Assembly: GCA_946186495.1 (NCBI GenBank)
Contig: CAMHNQ010000002.1
Location: 28,736-92,735 of the forward strand
Direction of reading: 5' to 3'
Source of the DNA: an uncultured Bacteroidales bacterium
GTDB taxonomy: Bacteria > Bacteroidota > Bacteroidia > Bacteroidales > WCHB1-69
Length of the DNA stretch: 64,000 bases
Position 1 is the stretch's first letter. The number at the start of each line of letters is the position of its first letter. The position numbers and the translations under genes were made by a program. The notes beneath the pieces are model-generated. The model saw only the letters and a list, made by a program, of their open reading frames with translations, ran no database searches and was not told the DNA's origin. Shown here one piece after another: positions 43,981 through 54,400 of this stretch.

Positions 43981-44013
43981 CATGTCATTGAATCCTGAAC
44001 CTTGAACCAGCCA

Positions 44014-45618
44014 ATGCGTACCAAATTCAACATCCCCCACACTTTTACTATTGTCTTCGGCATCATCGCCGTTTGCGCTGTCCTGACGTGGATTGTGCCT
44101 GCCGGACAATTTGACCGTCAGACTGTTACAGTTGATGGACACGAGCGCAACGTAGTGGTCGCCGACTCGTACCATCGCGTGGATTCCGCGCCCCAGACTT
44201 GGCAGGTCTTCACCGCCTTCTTCAAAGGGTTTGAGCGGACCTCCAACATCATCGTCTTCATCCTGATGATCGGCGGTGCCTTTTGGGTGATGAACGAAAC
44301 CGATGCCATAAACCGGGGCATCTGGCTTTTCTTGGACAAAACCCAGCGGATGCAGCAGCACGCCCTTTTCCGAAAGGTCGGGGTCAATAATCTGTTGATT
44401 ATTGCCATAATGCTGATGTTCAGTCTGTTCGGGTCGGTGTTCGGGATGAGCGAGGAGACCATCGCCTTCATTGTGGTCTTTGTACCGCTGGCCGTCTCGA
44501 TGGGCTACGACTCCATCACGGGCGTGCTGATGTGCTACGTGGCTGCGCACGTGGGCTTCGCGGGCGCCATGCTCAACCCCTTCACCATCGGCATTGCGCA
44601 GGGACTGTCAGGTCTGCCCACCTTCTCGGGCCTCGGCTACCGTCTGCTCTGTTGGATTATCCTGACGGTTATCGCCATCGTCTTCACGCTGATATATGCC
44701 AATTACATCAAGAAGAATCCCGAAAAGTCGCTGACATACAGCATCGACAGCTATTGGCGCGAGAAAACGGCCGTGACGGATTCGCAACGCGGGATGGTGA
44801 AATCCGGCATTCCCGCCTGGGTCGTCTATGGCTGCATTTCCGCAGTCCTGATATACTGCGCCGTCGCGATGCCCTACACCGACATCACCGTCGGCATGGG
44901 CAGCCGCCGCGTGATGCTCTTCCCGATTTGGGCGGCCTTGTTTGTCCTCATCGGCTTTTTCGCGACCCGGAAGTCCGTCCATCATCTGATACTTACGCTG
45001 TTGCTGTTCACGATTCTGATTCTCGTGACGGGCGTGTTGGGTTATGGCTGGTATGTGATGGAGATTGCGGGCCTCTTCTTCGCGATGGGTGTCTCCGCCG
45101 GCATCGCCTTCGGGATGAAATTCGACAAGGTGGTCCGCAGCTTCCTGGAAGGCTGCAAAGACATTCTCGTGGCCGCGCTCGTGGTCGGTTTGGCCGGCGG
45201 CATCATCATCATTCTGGAAGACGGTCACATCATCGACACCATCCTTTACGCCGTGGCGCAGGGGATGCAAGGGGCCGGCCGCGTCGGCAGTACGGCCACC
45301 ATGTACGTGATGCAGAACCTGCTGAACCTGATTATCCCGTCGGGATCCGCCAAGGCCGCGCTCACCATCCCGATGATGGCCGAATGGTCGGATCTGATGG
45401 AGATCCCTCGGCAGCTGACGGTCCTGGCCTTCCAGTTCGGCGATGGTTTCACCAACATGATCACCCCCACGTCCGGCGTGCTTATCGGCGTGCTCGGCGT
45501 GGCGCGGATTCCCTATGCCACCTGGTTCAAGTTCATCTGGAAGTTCCTTTTGGCGCTTATCGTGTTGGGATTCCTCCTGCTGCTCCCGCCGCTGTTCATG
45601 CCGTTCGCAGGCTTCTGA
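44014..45618 (+). CDS. YfcC-family (DcuC-like) membrane transporter
   Basis: MRTKFNIPHTFTIVFGIIAVCAVLTWIVPAGQFDRQ is a typical YfcC N-terminus. The protein is multi-pass and hydrophobic. The ORF-track TTG 44002 is replaced by ATG 44014. Confidence 0.8.
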   Translation: MRTKFNIPHTFTIVFGIIAVCAVLTWIVPAGQFDRQTVTVDGHERNVVVADSYHRVDSAPQTWQVFTAFFKGFERTSNIIVFILMIGGAFWVMNETDAINRGIWLFLDKTQRMQQHALFRKVGVNNLLIIAIMLMFSLFGSVFGMSEETIAFIVVFVPLAVSMGYDSITGVLMCYVAAHVGFAGAMLNPFTIGIAQGLSGLPTFSGLGYRLLCWIILTVIAIVFTLIYANYIKKNPEKSLTYSIDSYWREKTAVTDSQRGMVKSGIPAWVVYGCISAVLIYCAVAMPYTDITVGMGSRRVMLFPIWAALFVLIGFFATRKSVHHLILTLLLFTILILVTGVLGYGWYVMEIAGLFFAMGVSAGIAFGMKFDKVVRSFLEGCKDILVAALVVGLAGGIIIILEDGHIIDTILYAVAQGMQGAGRVGSTATMYVMQNLLNLIIPSGSAKAALTIPMMAEWSDLMEIPRQLTVLAFQFGDGFTNMITPTSGVLIGVLGVARIPYATWFKFIWKFLLALIVLGFLLLLPPLFMPFAGF

Positions 45619-45791
45619 GGCCGCGTGAACAATAAATTGGAAAGCGTCACCGACTGGATATTTTCAAAAAAACTCCCAAAATAAACACAACCCGAAAAAT
45701 CTTCCAACTGATTTTGAAGAAGAAACTGAAACTTAAAGAGAAAATCCAGAAGTTCCGGGCATGGCGCGAGCGGCCCTGCAAGGTCGCGCCG

Positions 45792-46643
45792 ATGTCAACC
45801 GAAGAGCACGAGTGCCTGAACTGTCATGACCATTATGTCGGCAAGTACTGCCCTCGTTGTGGGCAGGCCGCAACCACACAGCGCTTTTCCATGAAGGTGG
45901 CGGCAGAGAATTTTGTCAATGAATACGGCATGGGCGAGCGCGGAATGTTCCGTACCATCCGGGACATTATCCTGCGCCCCGGCTTTTTGATTCTCGATTA
46001 CCTCCGCGGCATGAGAATGTCCTATTTCGCCCCCTTCAAGATGTATTTCCTGCTCGCCGCCATCTCCCTCCTCGTAACCCACGGGCTGAACATCACGGGC
46101 CAGCCTCTCCAAGACGATTCCGAAGCCGACAAAGTGGAGGTGTCTGCGGGAAAGGATGCGGAAGGAACTGACAAAACGGAAACAGATGCCGCTAAAAGCT
46201 TCAAAGAAGAATATCCAAGACAAGCGAAAATACATTCCATTGTGTATGGAGTGGTAAACAAAATGGAACGTTTCGCGCAAAAATACCCCAGCATAAACAT
46301 CTTGCTGATACTGATGCTCATTTCGGGAAACCTATATTTCTTTTTCCGCCACAGCCCGAACATCCCCGACCTGCGCTATCCCGAGTTGTTCATCTCGTTG
46401 GTTTATATCGCCAACATGTACACCATCTATTCTATCGTGTTTAGTTTCTTCGGCCTGACGAAGCTGACCTCGTACGCCATTTTTCTCACGATAATCCCTC
46501 TCAAACAGATGAGCGGCTACAGCTGGTGGCGCACTATCCTGAAGACCGTGACCGCCTTCACCATCATGTTTGTACTTTTTGTCCTGTTCATCGTAATAGC
46601 GGTGTCCTGCATCGCTATGTTCGTGAGAGCATTCGGAAGTTGA
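45792..46643 (+). CDS. DUF3667-like membrane protein with N-terminal zinc ribbon
   Basis: MSTEEHECLNCHDHYVGKYCPRCGQ followed by several TM helices. The alternative TTG start at 45714 cannot be excluded. Confidence 0.7.
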   Translation: MSTEEHECLNCHDHYVGKYCPRCGQAATTQRFSMKVAAENFVNEYGMGERGMFRTIRDIILRPGFLILDYLRGMRMSYFAPFKMYFLLAAISLLVTHGLNITGQPLQDDSEADKVEVSAGKDAEGTDKTETDAAKSFKEEYPRQAKIHSIVYGVVNKMERFAQKYPSINILLILMLISGNLYFFFRHSPNIPDLRYPELFISLVYIANMYTIYSIVFSFFGLTKLTSYAIFLTIIPLKQMSGYSWWRTILKTVTAFTIMFVLFVLFIVIAVSCIAMFVRAFGS

Positions 46644-46666
46644 GGCCTGTGCCTCCTCCATATCCC

Positions 46667-49132
46667 TTAGTTCCCCATTCCGCCGCCACTGCCTTCGCTG
46701 GCCGCGCCCTGGCGCGCCTGCTGCTCCAGCTCCATCTTGCCGAATCGCAGCGTGAAGCCCAGCGACACCGAACGGGAGTTGTACTTGTAGGTGCTGTGCG
46801 AGACATAGTACGGACTGTCGTTGTTCTGGCCCCAGCGGTTCCAGTTGAAGATGTCGTTGGCGTTCAGATAGACCGACAGCTTCTTGTCGAAGAAGTCGCA
46901 ACGCAGTCCCGCGTTAATGCTGTAGTAAGGCAGAGTCGTGCTGAACAACGACAAGGAAGGCGACTGATAATATCCGGACACGCTGATTTCCAGACGTTTC
47001 CACAGCTTCGCCCACACGCTGGCATTGAAGCTGTAGGTCCACTTGTCGGCCTTGTACATCTCGCCGTTATACATCGTCTCCAAATAGGCGTAATAGACGT
47101 TCGCGTAGAAGCGGACGTTGAGCATGGCGTTCGGGCGGTACATCGTGTTGAACTCCAGTCCCGTGTTCGACGATTTGCCGACATTCACCGGATAGGAGTA
47201 ACGCACCAGTTCGCCGTAGAGGTCGTGGTAGGCGGGGACGCTGATGGTGTTGATGTCGCGGTCTTTGGCGCGGAAGTAGAGGGTGAGGCCCACCGAGCCG
47301 TACTTGGTCCAGTATTTCTGCCAGCCGGCCTCCAGCGAATGGGTCAGGATGGACTTCAACTCTGGGTTGCCGCTGCTGAAGTCCTCCTCGCCGAACTCCA
47401 CGAAGCGCGTGAGCTGGTCGGCGTCGGGGTTGCTGCTGCGGAAAGTGTAGCTCAGGCGGAAGTTGTGCATCGACTTGGTGCGGTACGACAGGTGCAGCGA
47501 CGGCCGGATGTGGAAATAGTGCTTGCGGATGCCGAAGGTGTCGGGCACGATGTCGGGATAGCGCAACGTGACGTATGTGTGTTCGAGGCGCACGCCCGGC
47601 TTGATGGTGAAGTTGCCGAACTTGTGCTGCAGCGTGAAGAAGACTTGGTTCTCGAACTGCGGCGACAGGTGGAAATAGCTGCGGACAGAATCGCGCACCC
47701 ACGCGCCCGCCTGCATCGTATCGACATAGTTATAGCCTTTGTCACGCTCTATGGCACCGTAGTAGCCCAAGGAAATCTCACCATTTTCGGAGTAGGGCCG
47801 GTTGTAGGTCAGCTCGCCCGAGACATTGAACGAGCTGCCGTCGTAGTCCATGAGGCGGTCGCGCTTGCTCTCGACCGGCTGGAGGAAGAGCTTGTGGAGC
47901 TCCGACTTGCTCATCCAGCCCCACGTGCTGCCGTTCAGATCCACGGAGAGGTTGTGTCCCTTGTTGTCGAACTTGTGCTGGTAGTATGCGCCGAAACCGC
48001 CCCAGTGGCTGCGGTTACGCCCCGTGGTGTTCTCTTTGTAGAAAACGGTGTCCGGCAGCAGGAAAAACTCCTGGAACTGCTCGTTGTAGCCCTTGCTGTC
48101 GCCCCAGCTCGGCCAATAGCTGCCCCAGAAGGAGAGGGTGTTCGCCGTGTCAATGTCATAGTCGAGGCTGAAGTGGATGCCGGCGCCGTATCGGTTGCCC
48201 TTGGAATAGGTCGAGTCTGTCTCGAAACTCACCATCTCGCGGCCCTCTTCGCCGGGTTGGTAGATGGTCTGGTCTCCCTTCCCGAAGTGCTTGTCCATCG
48301 AGTAGGAGAAGTTGCTGTAGAGGTTGATGGATATTTTGTCGTTGCTCCAGACGTAGGAAATCCACGGGCTCACGTATGGTTTGATGGAGGCGTTGGTGCC
48401 GAAACTGATGAACTGGTTCTTCTTGACTTTGCTGTTTGTCACGATGTTGATGATACCGTCGGCCTTGGAGCCGTAGCGGGCCGACGGGTTGGTGATGACC
48501 TCCACGTGGTCGATGCTGTTGGCGGGCATTTGCTGGAGGTAGGTCTTGAGGTTTTCTTCCGTGAGGTGAGAGGGCTTGTCGTTGATCCAGACTTCGACGC
48601 TGGAGGTGCCGCGCAGGGTGACGTTGCCCTCCACGTCCACCGACACGCCCGGCGCGTTCTGCAGCACGTCGGAGGCGGTGCCGGTCTGCACGGTCGGGTC
48701 CTCGGCGGTGTTGTAGTAGGTCTTCTCGCCATCTACCGCGAACAGCGGCCGCTCGCCCTTCACCACCACCTCGCCGATGGTGGCTGTCCCCGGGGTGATT
48801 TTGAGTACGCCCAAGTCAATGTCTTTGCTGACCACCAGTTCCTGCTGGAGGTTCTCATATCCCACAAAGAAGACCACCAGACGGTAACTGCCTTTCGGGA
48901 TCTGCTGCAGCAGGAAATCGCCCTTCTCGTTCGCCGAGGTGTAGCCTATCAGCACGCTGTCGCTCTGCCGCATAAGGCTCACGTTGGCGTACTGCACCGG
49001 CTTCCCGGATTTCGCGTCCTGTAGCTTTCCGGTGATTGAACTTTGTGAAAATACAGAAATACAGAATGTTAAGAATAGAAAAAGTGTTGCCGTGAACCTG
49101 ATGGTTGCTTCTCGTGTCAGTGTCAGTGTCAT
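46667..49132 (-). CDS. Outer-membrane beta-barrel protein with N-terminal carboxypeptidase-regulatory-like domain (TonB-dependent-receptor-like)
   Basis: Signal peptide. SITGKLQDAKSGKPVQYANVSLMRQSDSVLIGYTSANEKGDFLLQQIPKGSYRLVVFFVGYE. Plug-like GERPLFAVDGEKTYYN..., and a C-terminal barrel ending ..SLGFTLRFG. Confidence 0.85.
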   Translation of the reverse strand: MTLTLTREATIRFTATLFLFLTFCISVFSQSSITGKLQDAKSGKPVQYANVSLMRQSDSVLIGYTSANEKGDFLLQQIPKGSYRLVVFFVGYENLQQELVVSKDIDLGVLKITPGTATIGEVVVKGERPLFAVDGEKTYYNTAEDPTVQTGTASDVLQNAPGVSVDVEGNVTLRGTSSVEVWINDKPSHLTEENLKTYLQQMPANSIDHVEVITNPSARYGSKADGIINIVTNSKVKKNQFISFGTNASIKPYVSPWISYVWSNDKISINLYSNFSYSMDKHFGKGDQTIYQPGEEGREMVSFETDSTYSKGNRYGAGIHFSLDYDIDTANTLSFWGSYWPSWGDSKGYNEQFQEFFLLPDTVFYKENTTGRNRSHWGGFGAYYQHKFDNKGHNLSVDLNGSTWGWMSKSELHKLFLQPVESKRDRLMDYDGSSFNVSGELTYNRPYSENGEISLGYYGAIERDKGYNYVDTMQAGAWVRDSVRSYFHLSPQFENQVFFTLQHKFGNFTIKPGVRLEHTYVTLRYPDIVPDTFGIRKHYFHIRPSLHLSYRTKSMHNFRLSYTFRSSNPDADQLTRFVEFGEEDFSSGNPELKSILTHSLEAGWQKYWTKYGSVGLTLYFRAKDRDINTISVPAYHDLYGELVRYSYPVNVGKSSNTGLEFNTMYRPNAMLNVRFYANVYYAYLETMYNGEMYKADKWTYSFNASVWAKLWKRLEISVSGYYQSPSLSLFSTTLPYYSINAGLRCDFFDKKLSVYLNANDIFNWNRWGQNNDSPYYVSHSTYKYNSRSVSLGFTLRFGKMELEQQARQGAASEGSGGGMGN

Positions 49133-49164
49133 TGTCGTTTGTTATTTTTTTGAATGATAAAGTG

Positions 49165-49172
49165 CAAAAATA
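49165..49172 (-). promoter_or_regulatory. Candidate -7 box (TATTTTTG) for the outer-membrane barrel gene
   Basis: Reverse complement of caaaaata. It lies 33 nt upstream of the ATG at 49132. Confidence 0.5.
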
Positions 49173-49242
49173 CATATTATTCATGTATCTTGGTGCTTTT
49201 TTGACGCATAAGGGCGAAAAATACTACATTAATGATGTTACG

Positions 49243-49271
49243 AGCACGGTGAAAATCGTGCTGTTTTTTTT
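49243..49271 (+). terminator. Orphan plus-strand terminator-like hairpin (no annotated plus-strand gene upstream)
   Basis: 6-bp stem agcacg/cgtgct with an 8-nt loop, then G and T8 on the plus strand. Confidence 0.45.
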
Positions 49272-49298
49272 ATAATATAATGTAAATCAATGTATTAT

Positions 49299-49340
49299 AA
49301 AAAAATACGGGACCGTTGTCTGCCATGACCACGATCCCGT
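49299..49340 (-). terminator. Putative terminator after the 512-aa gene
   Basis: acgggaccgttg...cacgatcccgt forms an imperfect stem of about 10 of 12 bp. On the minus strand it is followed by T7. Confidence 0.5.
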
Positions 49341-49382
49341 CTGAAATCATATCGTTGTCAGTCCTTTTTTGAACCCTGGCCT

Positions 49383-50921
49383 TTAGAAAACAGACAGTTT
49401 GGTCAGGAAAAACTGGCTTTTGCCGATTCCGGAGGCGTAGAAGTTTTCGCCGTCGGTGAATTCCACGCCGCGCAGCAGCTGGTTGGGGTCCTTGAGCACG
49501 CGTTGGGTGAGCTGCTGGTCGGGGGTGAGGCGCATCAGCACGCTCTCCCATTTCTTCTTGAAGGAGAGGCCGCCGATGCTGCAGACCACATCTTTGCCGG
49601 GGTAGGGGATGTTCTTCAGGTCGTCGTTGAAGAGGAAGTACATGTCGTTTCCGTGGGCGAATGCGGAATAGGAGATGTTGACGCCTTTCCAGTCGTCGGG
49701 CGGGTAGATGCCCAGGCTGCTGGCTTGCTGTTTCCCGACCATGGTGAAGTCGGCGGTGCCGTCAGGGTGCAGGGTGGAGACCAGGATGTTCTTGGTGAGC
49801 ATCTGGTAGCTGTAGCTTTTCATCTGGGCGTTGTAGATGGACTTGAGGAAGCGGTGCTCGCCGCAGAGCACAATGCTGCCGTTCTCCAGCTCGAAGATGT
49901 TGTCGGCGGTGATGTAGTATTGCTGGTTGCCGAGCACGGTGGCGAAGCGCGCCCAGGCCGACTTCTCCACGTAGTTATCCGCGAACTTGAAATGCAGCTG
50001 TTCGGAGAAGGATTCGGCCTTGGGGTCGAAAATGTAGAAGAAGTAGCCGCTCGACTGGGTGGCGGTGTTGGTGTTGGACTCGGTGTAGTAGCCGGCCATG
50101 GCCACTTTCCCGTTGGAGAGCGTCTTGGAGGTGAAGTTCTGCGGGGTGCCGAAGGAGACTCCCTCGGAGAAGGTCTCTGAACCGCTGTCGTTCACCTTGA
50201 TTATCATGAGGCTCACGTCGGAGATGTTCTTCCCGGTCTTCTGGCAAGTGTAGGCCGGGATGTAGAGGTTGCCCTCGTTGTCCAATGTGAGGTTGCCCAA
50301 GGAGAAGGTCTTTCCCCCGAACTCCGGGTTGAACGTGCCGCTCCACAGGAATTCGCCCTGGTCGTTCACCACAGCGGCGAAGAGGTTTTCAAGCTTACTG
50401 TCCTTGCCGGTGATGACCACCAGCGAGGCCATCATTTTCCCGTCGGGCGACTTGGCGGTCTTGTAGGCGGGCCAGTAATTGGAGTTGGCCGCCGTGGAGA
50501 CCGAGTTCGCGTCACTCAGGGTCACCGCCTTGTCCCCTTTGTCAAGGTTGGCGATGGTGAGGATTGCCTGGTCGCCTTTCTTGTTGAGGCTGCTGTAGAG
50601 GGCGATGATGCTGTTCTCAGTGACGAGAGCGCCCAGCAGGTCGTGCTTCGCCGAGACGGTGACGGCGATGTCGCCCTCAGTCTGCATGCTCTCCTTGCTG
50701 ACGGTGTAGAAATGGTCGGTCCAGGTTTTGGGTTTGAACATGTCGAACGCCCTTCCGTGGATGGCGAAGTAGAGGTTGTCGTTGTCCTGCCCAGCGGGGG
50801 TGCCGTAAATGAAAGGCCTGCGTGTCCAGATGTTGGAAAAGGGCTCGGCAAGCGTGGCGGTCTGCGCCATCAATGAGGACAAGCATGTGATTAATGCAGC
50901 TAACAATAAGATTTTTTTCAT
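49383..50921 (-). CDS. Secreted hypothetical protein (512 aa)
   Basis: Signal peptide MKKILLLAALITCLSSLMAQ. The body is rich in beta strands and I recognise no family motif. Confidence 0.8.
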   Translation of the reverse strand: MKKILLLAALITCLSSLMAQTATLAEPFSNIWTRRPFIYGTPAGQDNDNLYFAIHGRAFDMFKPKTWTDHFYTVSKESMQTEGDIAVTVSAKHDLLGALVTENSIIALYSSLNKKGDQAILTIANLDKGDKAVTLSDANSVSTAANSNYWPAYKTAKSPDGKMMASLVVITGKDSKLENLFAAVVNDQGEFLWSGTFNPEFGGKTFSLGNLTLDNEGNLYIPAYTCQKTGKNISDVSLMIIKVNDSGSETFSEGVSFGTPQNFTSKTLSNGKVAMAGYYTESNTNTATQSSGYFFYIFDPKAESFSEQLHFKFADNYVEKSAWARFATVLGNQQYYITADNIFELENGSIVLCGEHRFLKSIYNAQMKSYSYQMLTKNILVSTLHPDGTADFTMVGKQQASSLGIYPPDDWKGVNISYSAFAHGNDMYFLFNDDLKNIPYPGKDVVCSIGGLSFKKKWESVLMRLTPDQQLTQRVLKDPNQLLRGVEFTDGENFYASGIGKSQFFLTKLSVF

Positions 50922-50988
50922 AATGATGTGATTTAATTTGAATTAGTCGGTAATAATTAAGCCTCCCTTCTGTCCGGGATGGAGTCTG

Positions 50989-50996
50989 CAAATGTA
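50989..50996 (-). promoter_or_regulatory. Candidate -7 box (TACATTTG) for the 512-aa gene
   Basis: Reverse complement of caaatgta. It lies 68 nt upstream of the ATG at 50921. Confidence 0.45.
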
Positions 50997-51218
50997 CATA
51001 ATTTATAAAATTGCACAGACGCATAAAATAATTTTAGCCTGCATTATTCATGATAATAAGCATTGTGTTGGGAACAAGCAATTTATGGTGAAGAGGCTAT
51101 TGTGATTAGTGAATAGTGAACAGTGATTTGATGCAGGGAGTATGATAGAGGTTAGAACAAAAATGATTTATAACACGCTTTTTGTACCTTTGCAGTCTCC
51201 AATGTAGTATACTTTTGA

Positions 51219-51398
51219 ATGGCACTTTGGTATATATTAAACGGTCATTTCAAAATACGCTATAATTTTTCCAGCTCACGGAAATTTCCACAGGGCTGTG
51301 TGTTCGGGTCTGGGCCATTTTTCTACAATCCCGTGGCAAAAGTACAAATTGAAAACGACAGAATCAACAGTTTCGTTGTTTTTTTCATCATCGATTAA
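51219..51398 (+). CDS. Speculative 59-aa ORF with its own promoter-like box
   Basis: TACCTTTG at 51184-51191, then ATG 51219. Own translation: MALWYILNGHFKIRYNFSSSRKFPQGCVFGSGPFFYNPVAKVQIENDRINSFVVFFIID*. It is AT-rich, lacks homology evidence, and falls just under the ORF-track cut-off. Confidence 0.2.
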   Translation: MALWYILNGHFKIRYNFSSSRKFPQGCVFGSGPFFYNPVAKVQIENDRINSFVVFFIID

Positions 51399-51416
51399 TA
51401 TCGTTGAGACGTTTCT

Positions 51417-54400
51417 TCACAGCACCGTCACGCTTCCGGAGAGTCGGAAGGGCCTGCCGGAGTTGTCGGAGTAGCGGATGAGGTAGGTGTAGACGGTCTG
51501 GCAGTGAATCTGTCCGCGGAACTCGCCGTTCCACTGGAAGTTCTTGTCGTTGCTGTGGAAGACGAGTTCGCCCCAGCGGTTGAAGATGTCGATTTCGAAG
51601 AGGCTGATGTCGTTACGGATGTTTTCGGGGAGGCAGAAGAGGTCGTTGAGGCCGTCCGCGTCGGAGGGGGTGATGGCGTTGGGGAGGTGGAACTGCTGCT
51701 GGCAGCCGTTCACCCTGATATGCGCCGTGTTCTCGCAGCCCTCCTGGGAGGCGGTCACCGAGTAGATGCCGGGGACGTTGACGTTGATGCTCTGGGAGGT
51801 CTCGCCAGTGCTCCAGAGGTAGTCTGGCATCGGGGAGATGACGAGCAGATCCGCCGACATGCTCTCGCAGAAGTCCTCGGTCAGGGAGCGGATGCGCAGC
51901 GCGGTGTCGATGATGGTGAGCCTGAGGTTCACCGTGGAGTCGCAGCCGTTCACGGTCGCGAGGTTGAGGGTCCGCCGTATGGAGTCCACCTGCAGGGTCA
52001 TCGTTTTCGGGATGCTGAAGCCGTTCTCGAAGTAGCCGTCGCCCTCGCAGATGACCTCCTCGATGGAGGTCTCGAAGCGCGGGTGGACGGCGAGCCGTAG
52101 CGTGATGGAGCTGTCGCAGTGTCCGGTGGAGTGTTGCTGTTCGAAGATGTAGTCCCCGGGTAGGGCCGTCTGTTCTGCGTGGATGTCGAAGCCGGACTCC
52201 TGGAAGGGTTCCCCTTGGCAGATGTCGGCGACGAGGGTGTCGTTGTAAACGGGCCAGACGTGGACGTCGAGGGTGTTGCTGTAGGCGGTTCCGCAGCTCA
52301 TGGTTACCCAGGCGCGGCGCAGCGAGAAGCTGCCGTCGGGGATGCCGGGGAATGGGTAGTCCTGGGTGTTGTTCGTGCCGGGTGCCGGCGCCCATTCCGC
52401 GCCGTCGTAGGAGATCTGCCAGAGGTATGCGCCGTTGTCGCCGCCGGAGGCCGCCGTGCCGCTGAAGGGCGCCGGGGCGTCGCCGTCGCAGAGCTCCTGG
52501 TTGTCGGCGATGCTCCCTGTCAGCAGTTCCCCGTACAGCGTTCCGATGGAGACGGCGAGCGAGGCGGTGCAGCCGGTCAGGTCTGTGACGGTGAAGGTGT
52601 AGTCGCCGGCCGGCCGGTTGCCGACGGCGGGGGAGGCGGCGACGGCGGTGCCGGCCGCGTCCGTCCACGAGTAGTTGAAGGGGCCCGTCCCTCCCGTGAC
52701 GACGGCGGTGGCCGCGCCGCTGGCCTCGCCGAAACAGGTGACGGGGGTGACGGTGCCGGTTGCGGCGGCGAGGTTGTCCACCGCCAAGCTGTAAGTCACC
52801 GTGCTGTCTGCCCCGTGCGAGTTTTGCAGGGTCACCGAATGCGAGCCTGTTGACGTGAAAGTGTGGCCGTGCCAGGTAAAGGGCATGTCGGCGGCACAAA
52901 CGGTTGTGTCCACCTGGGATGTGACGTTGTATTCCACGTCCAGCAGCAGGGTCAGCACGCTGTCGCAGCCGTTGGCGTTCTCTAAGTGCTGGGTGTAGGT
53001 CCCCGGGGTGGAGTAGGGGGTGCCGTTGAGCATGTAGGGGAGGCTGTTCTGCACGACGGTGACCTGCAGGGTGCTGTCCGTGGCGGGCAGCAGGGCCAGG
53101 TTCAGGGTGACGATGGAGTCACAGCCGAAGACGTTCGTGTACGTCGTGGTGATCTGTCCGTTTTCCGTGTAGGTTATGTCCTTGATGGTGATGCTGTCGC
53201 AGAACGAGGTGTCGATGGAGGTGCGGGATGGGGTGTGGATGACGACGTTCACCGTAGTGTCGTAGCCGCAGCCGAAGTCGTTGTACACGGTGAACGTGTA
53301 GGTGACGACGGTGTCGCTCTCCAGACCGGCAGGCGGTTGGATGACGAAGGTGGAGTCGCTGGTCTGGGTGATCCAGGGGCCGTCGGCGGTGCAGGTGGAG
53401 AAGCCGAACACTGCGTCCGGCAGGGCCTCACGGCTCAGTGCCAGCTCCCAGCCGAAGATGTATCCGTTGTCCCCGCTCCAGCCGTCCAGCACTTCGATGT
53501 ACCAGTCGCCGTTCAGCGGACAGCCGATGAGGTTTGTGAAGGGGTCGTCGGGATGGTAGAAGTTGGTGCCGGTGGCCACGTCGGAGGAGTCCACGATGCC
53601 GTCGTGGACATGCTCGTCACGGTATATCAGGCTTCCCGCACCCGGCGCATAAGTGTAGCCTTGGGTCGTGTTCTCCGACCAGCAGTAGTTCCAGCCTACC
53701 CCGGGCTCGTTCCCAAAGCTGGAGCTGTTACACGTGTTGGCCTGGAAGTCGTAGGCTTGGCCAAGGAAAGTGCTCATATACATATTGTTGCCATCTTGCC
53801 ATCCCTGCGAGGAAGGGGGAATTTGCGAGTTGCAGTCTGACGTACCCGTGCCGCCGTATTTCATCAGGTCCGCCCTCTGGCCGTTGGGGCAGGTGATGTT
53901 GATGTAGAGGTCGCCGATCCAGGAGTGCTCCATGTTCAGCCGCACGTAGTAGATGTCCTCCACGCTCTGGATGACGTCGTTGTCCCCGTATGCCGTGAAG
54001 GTGAGCGGCGACCGGTAGGAGCAGCCGTGGGGGTCGCAGTAGATGCCGTCGGGCAGGAAGATGGTGTCCACCAGGGACAGGGTGGTGGCGCCGCCGCCGA
54101 GCAGGATGTTGCTGCCCTCCTGGTAGCCTGACGTGAGAGGGTAGTTCCCGCCGGCGCAGACCTCAGGCATACTGACTTCGAGAATCGGGTTGTAAGAGGC
54201 GAAGACCACGTGGGAGGCCACACCGGTGCAACCGTGCTCGTCCGTCACGGTGAGCGTGTAGTTTCCGGAGGCGTATGCGAGGATGCTTCTGGAGGTGTCG
54301 CCGGTACTCCACAGGTAGGCGACGGCGCTGTCGGCGGTGAGCGGTACGTTTCCGTTCTCGCAGAGATATTGTGACCCGGTGATGGCCGCCGAGGGTTGTG

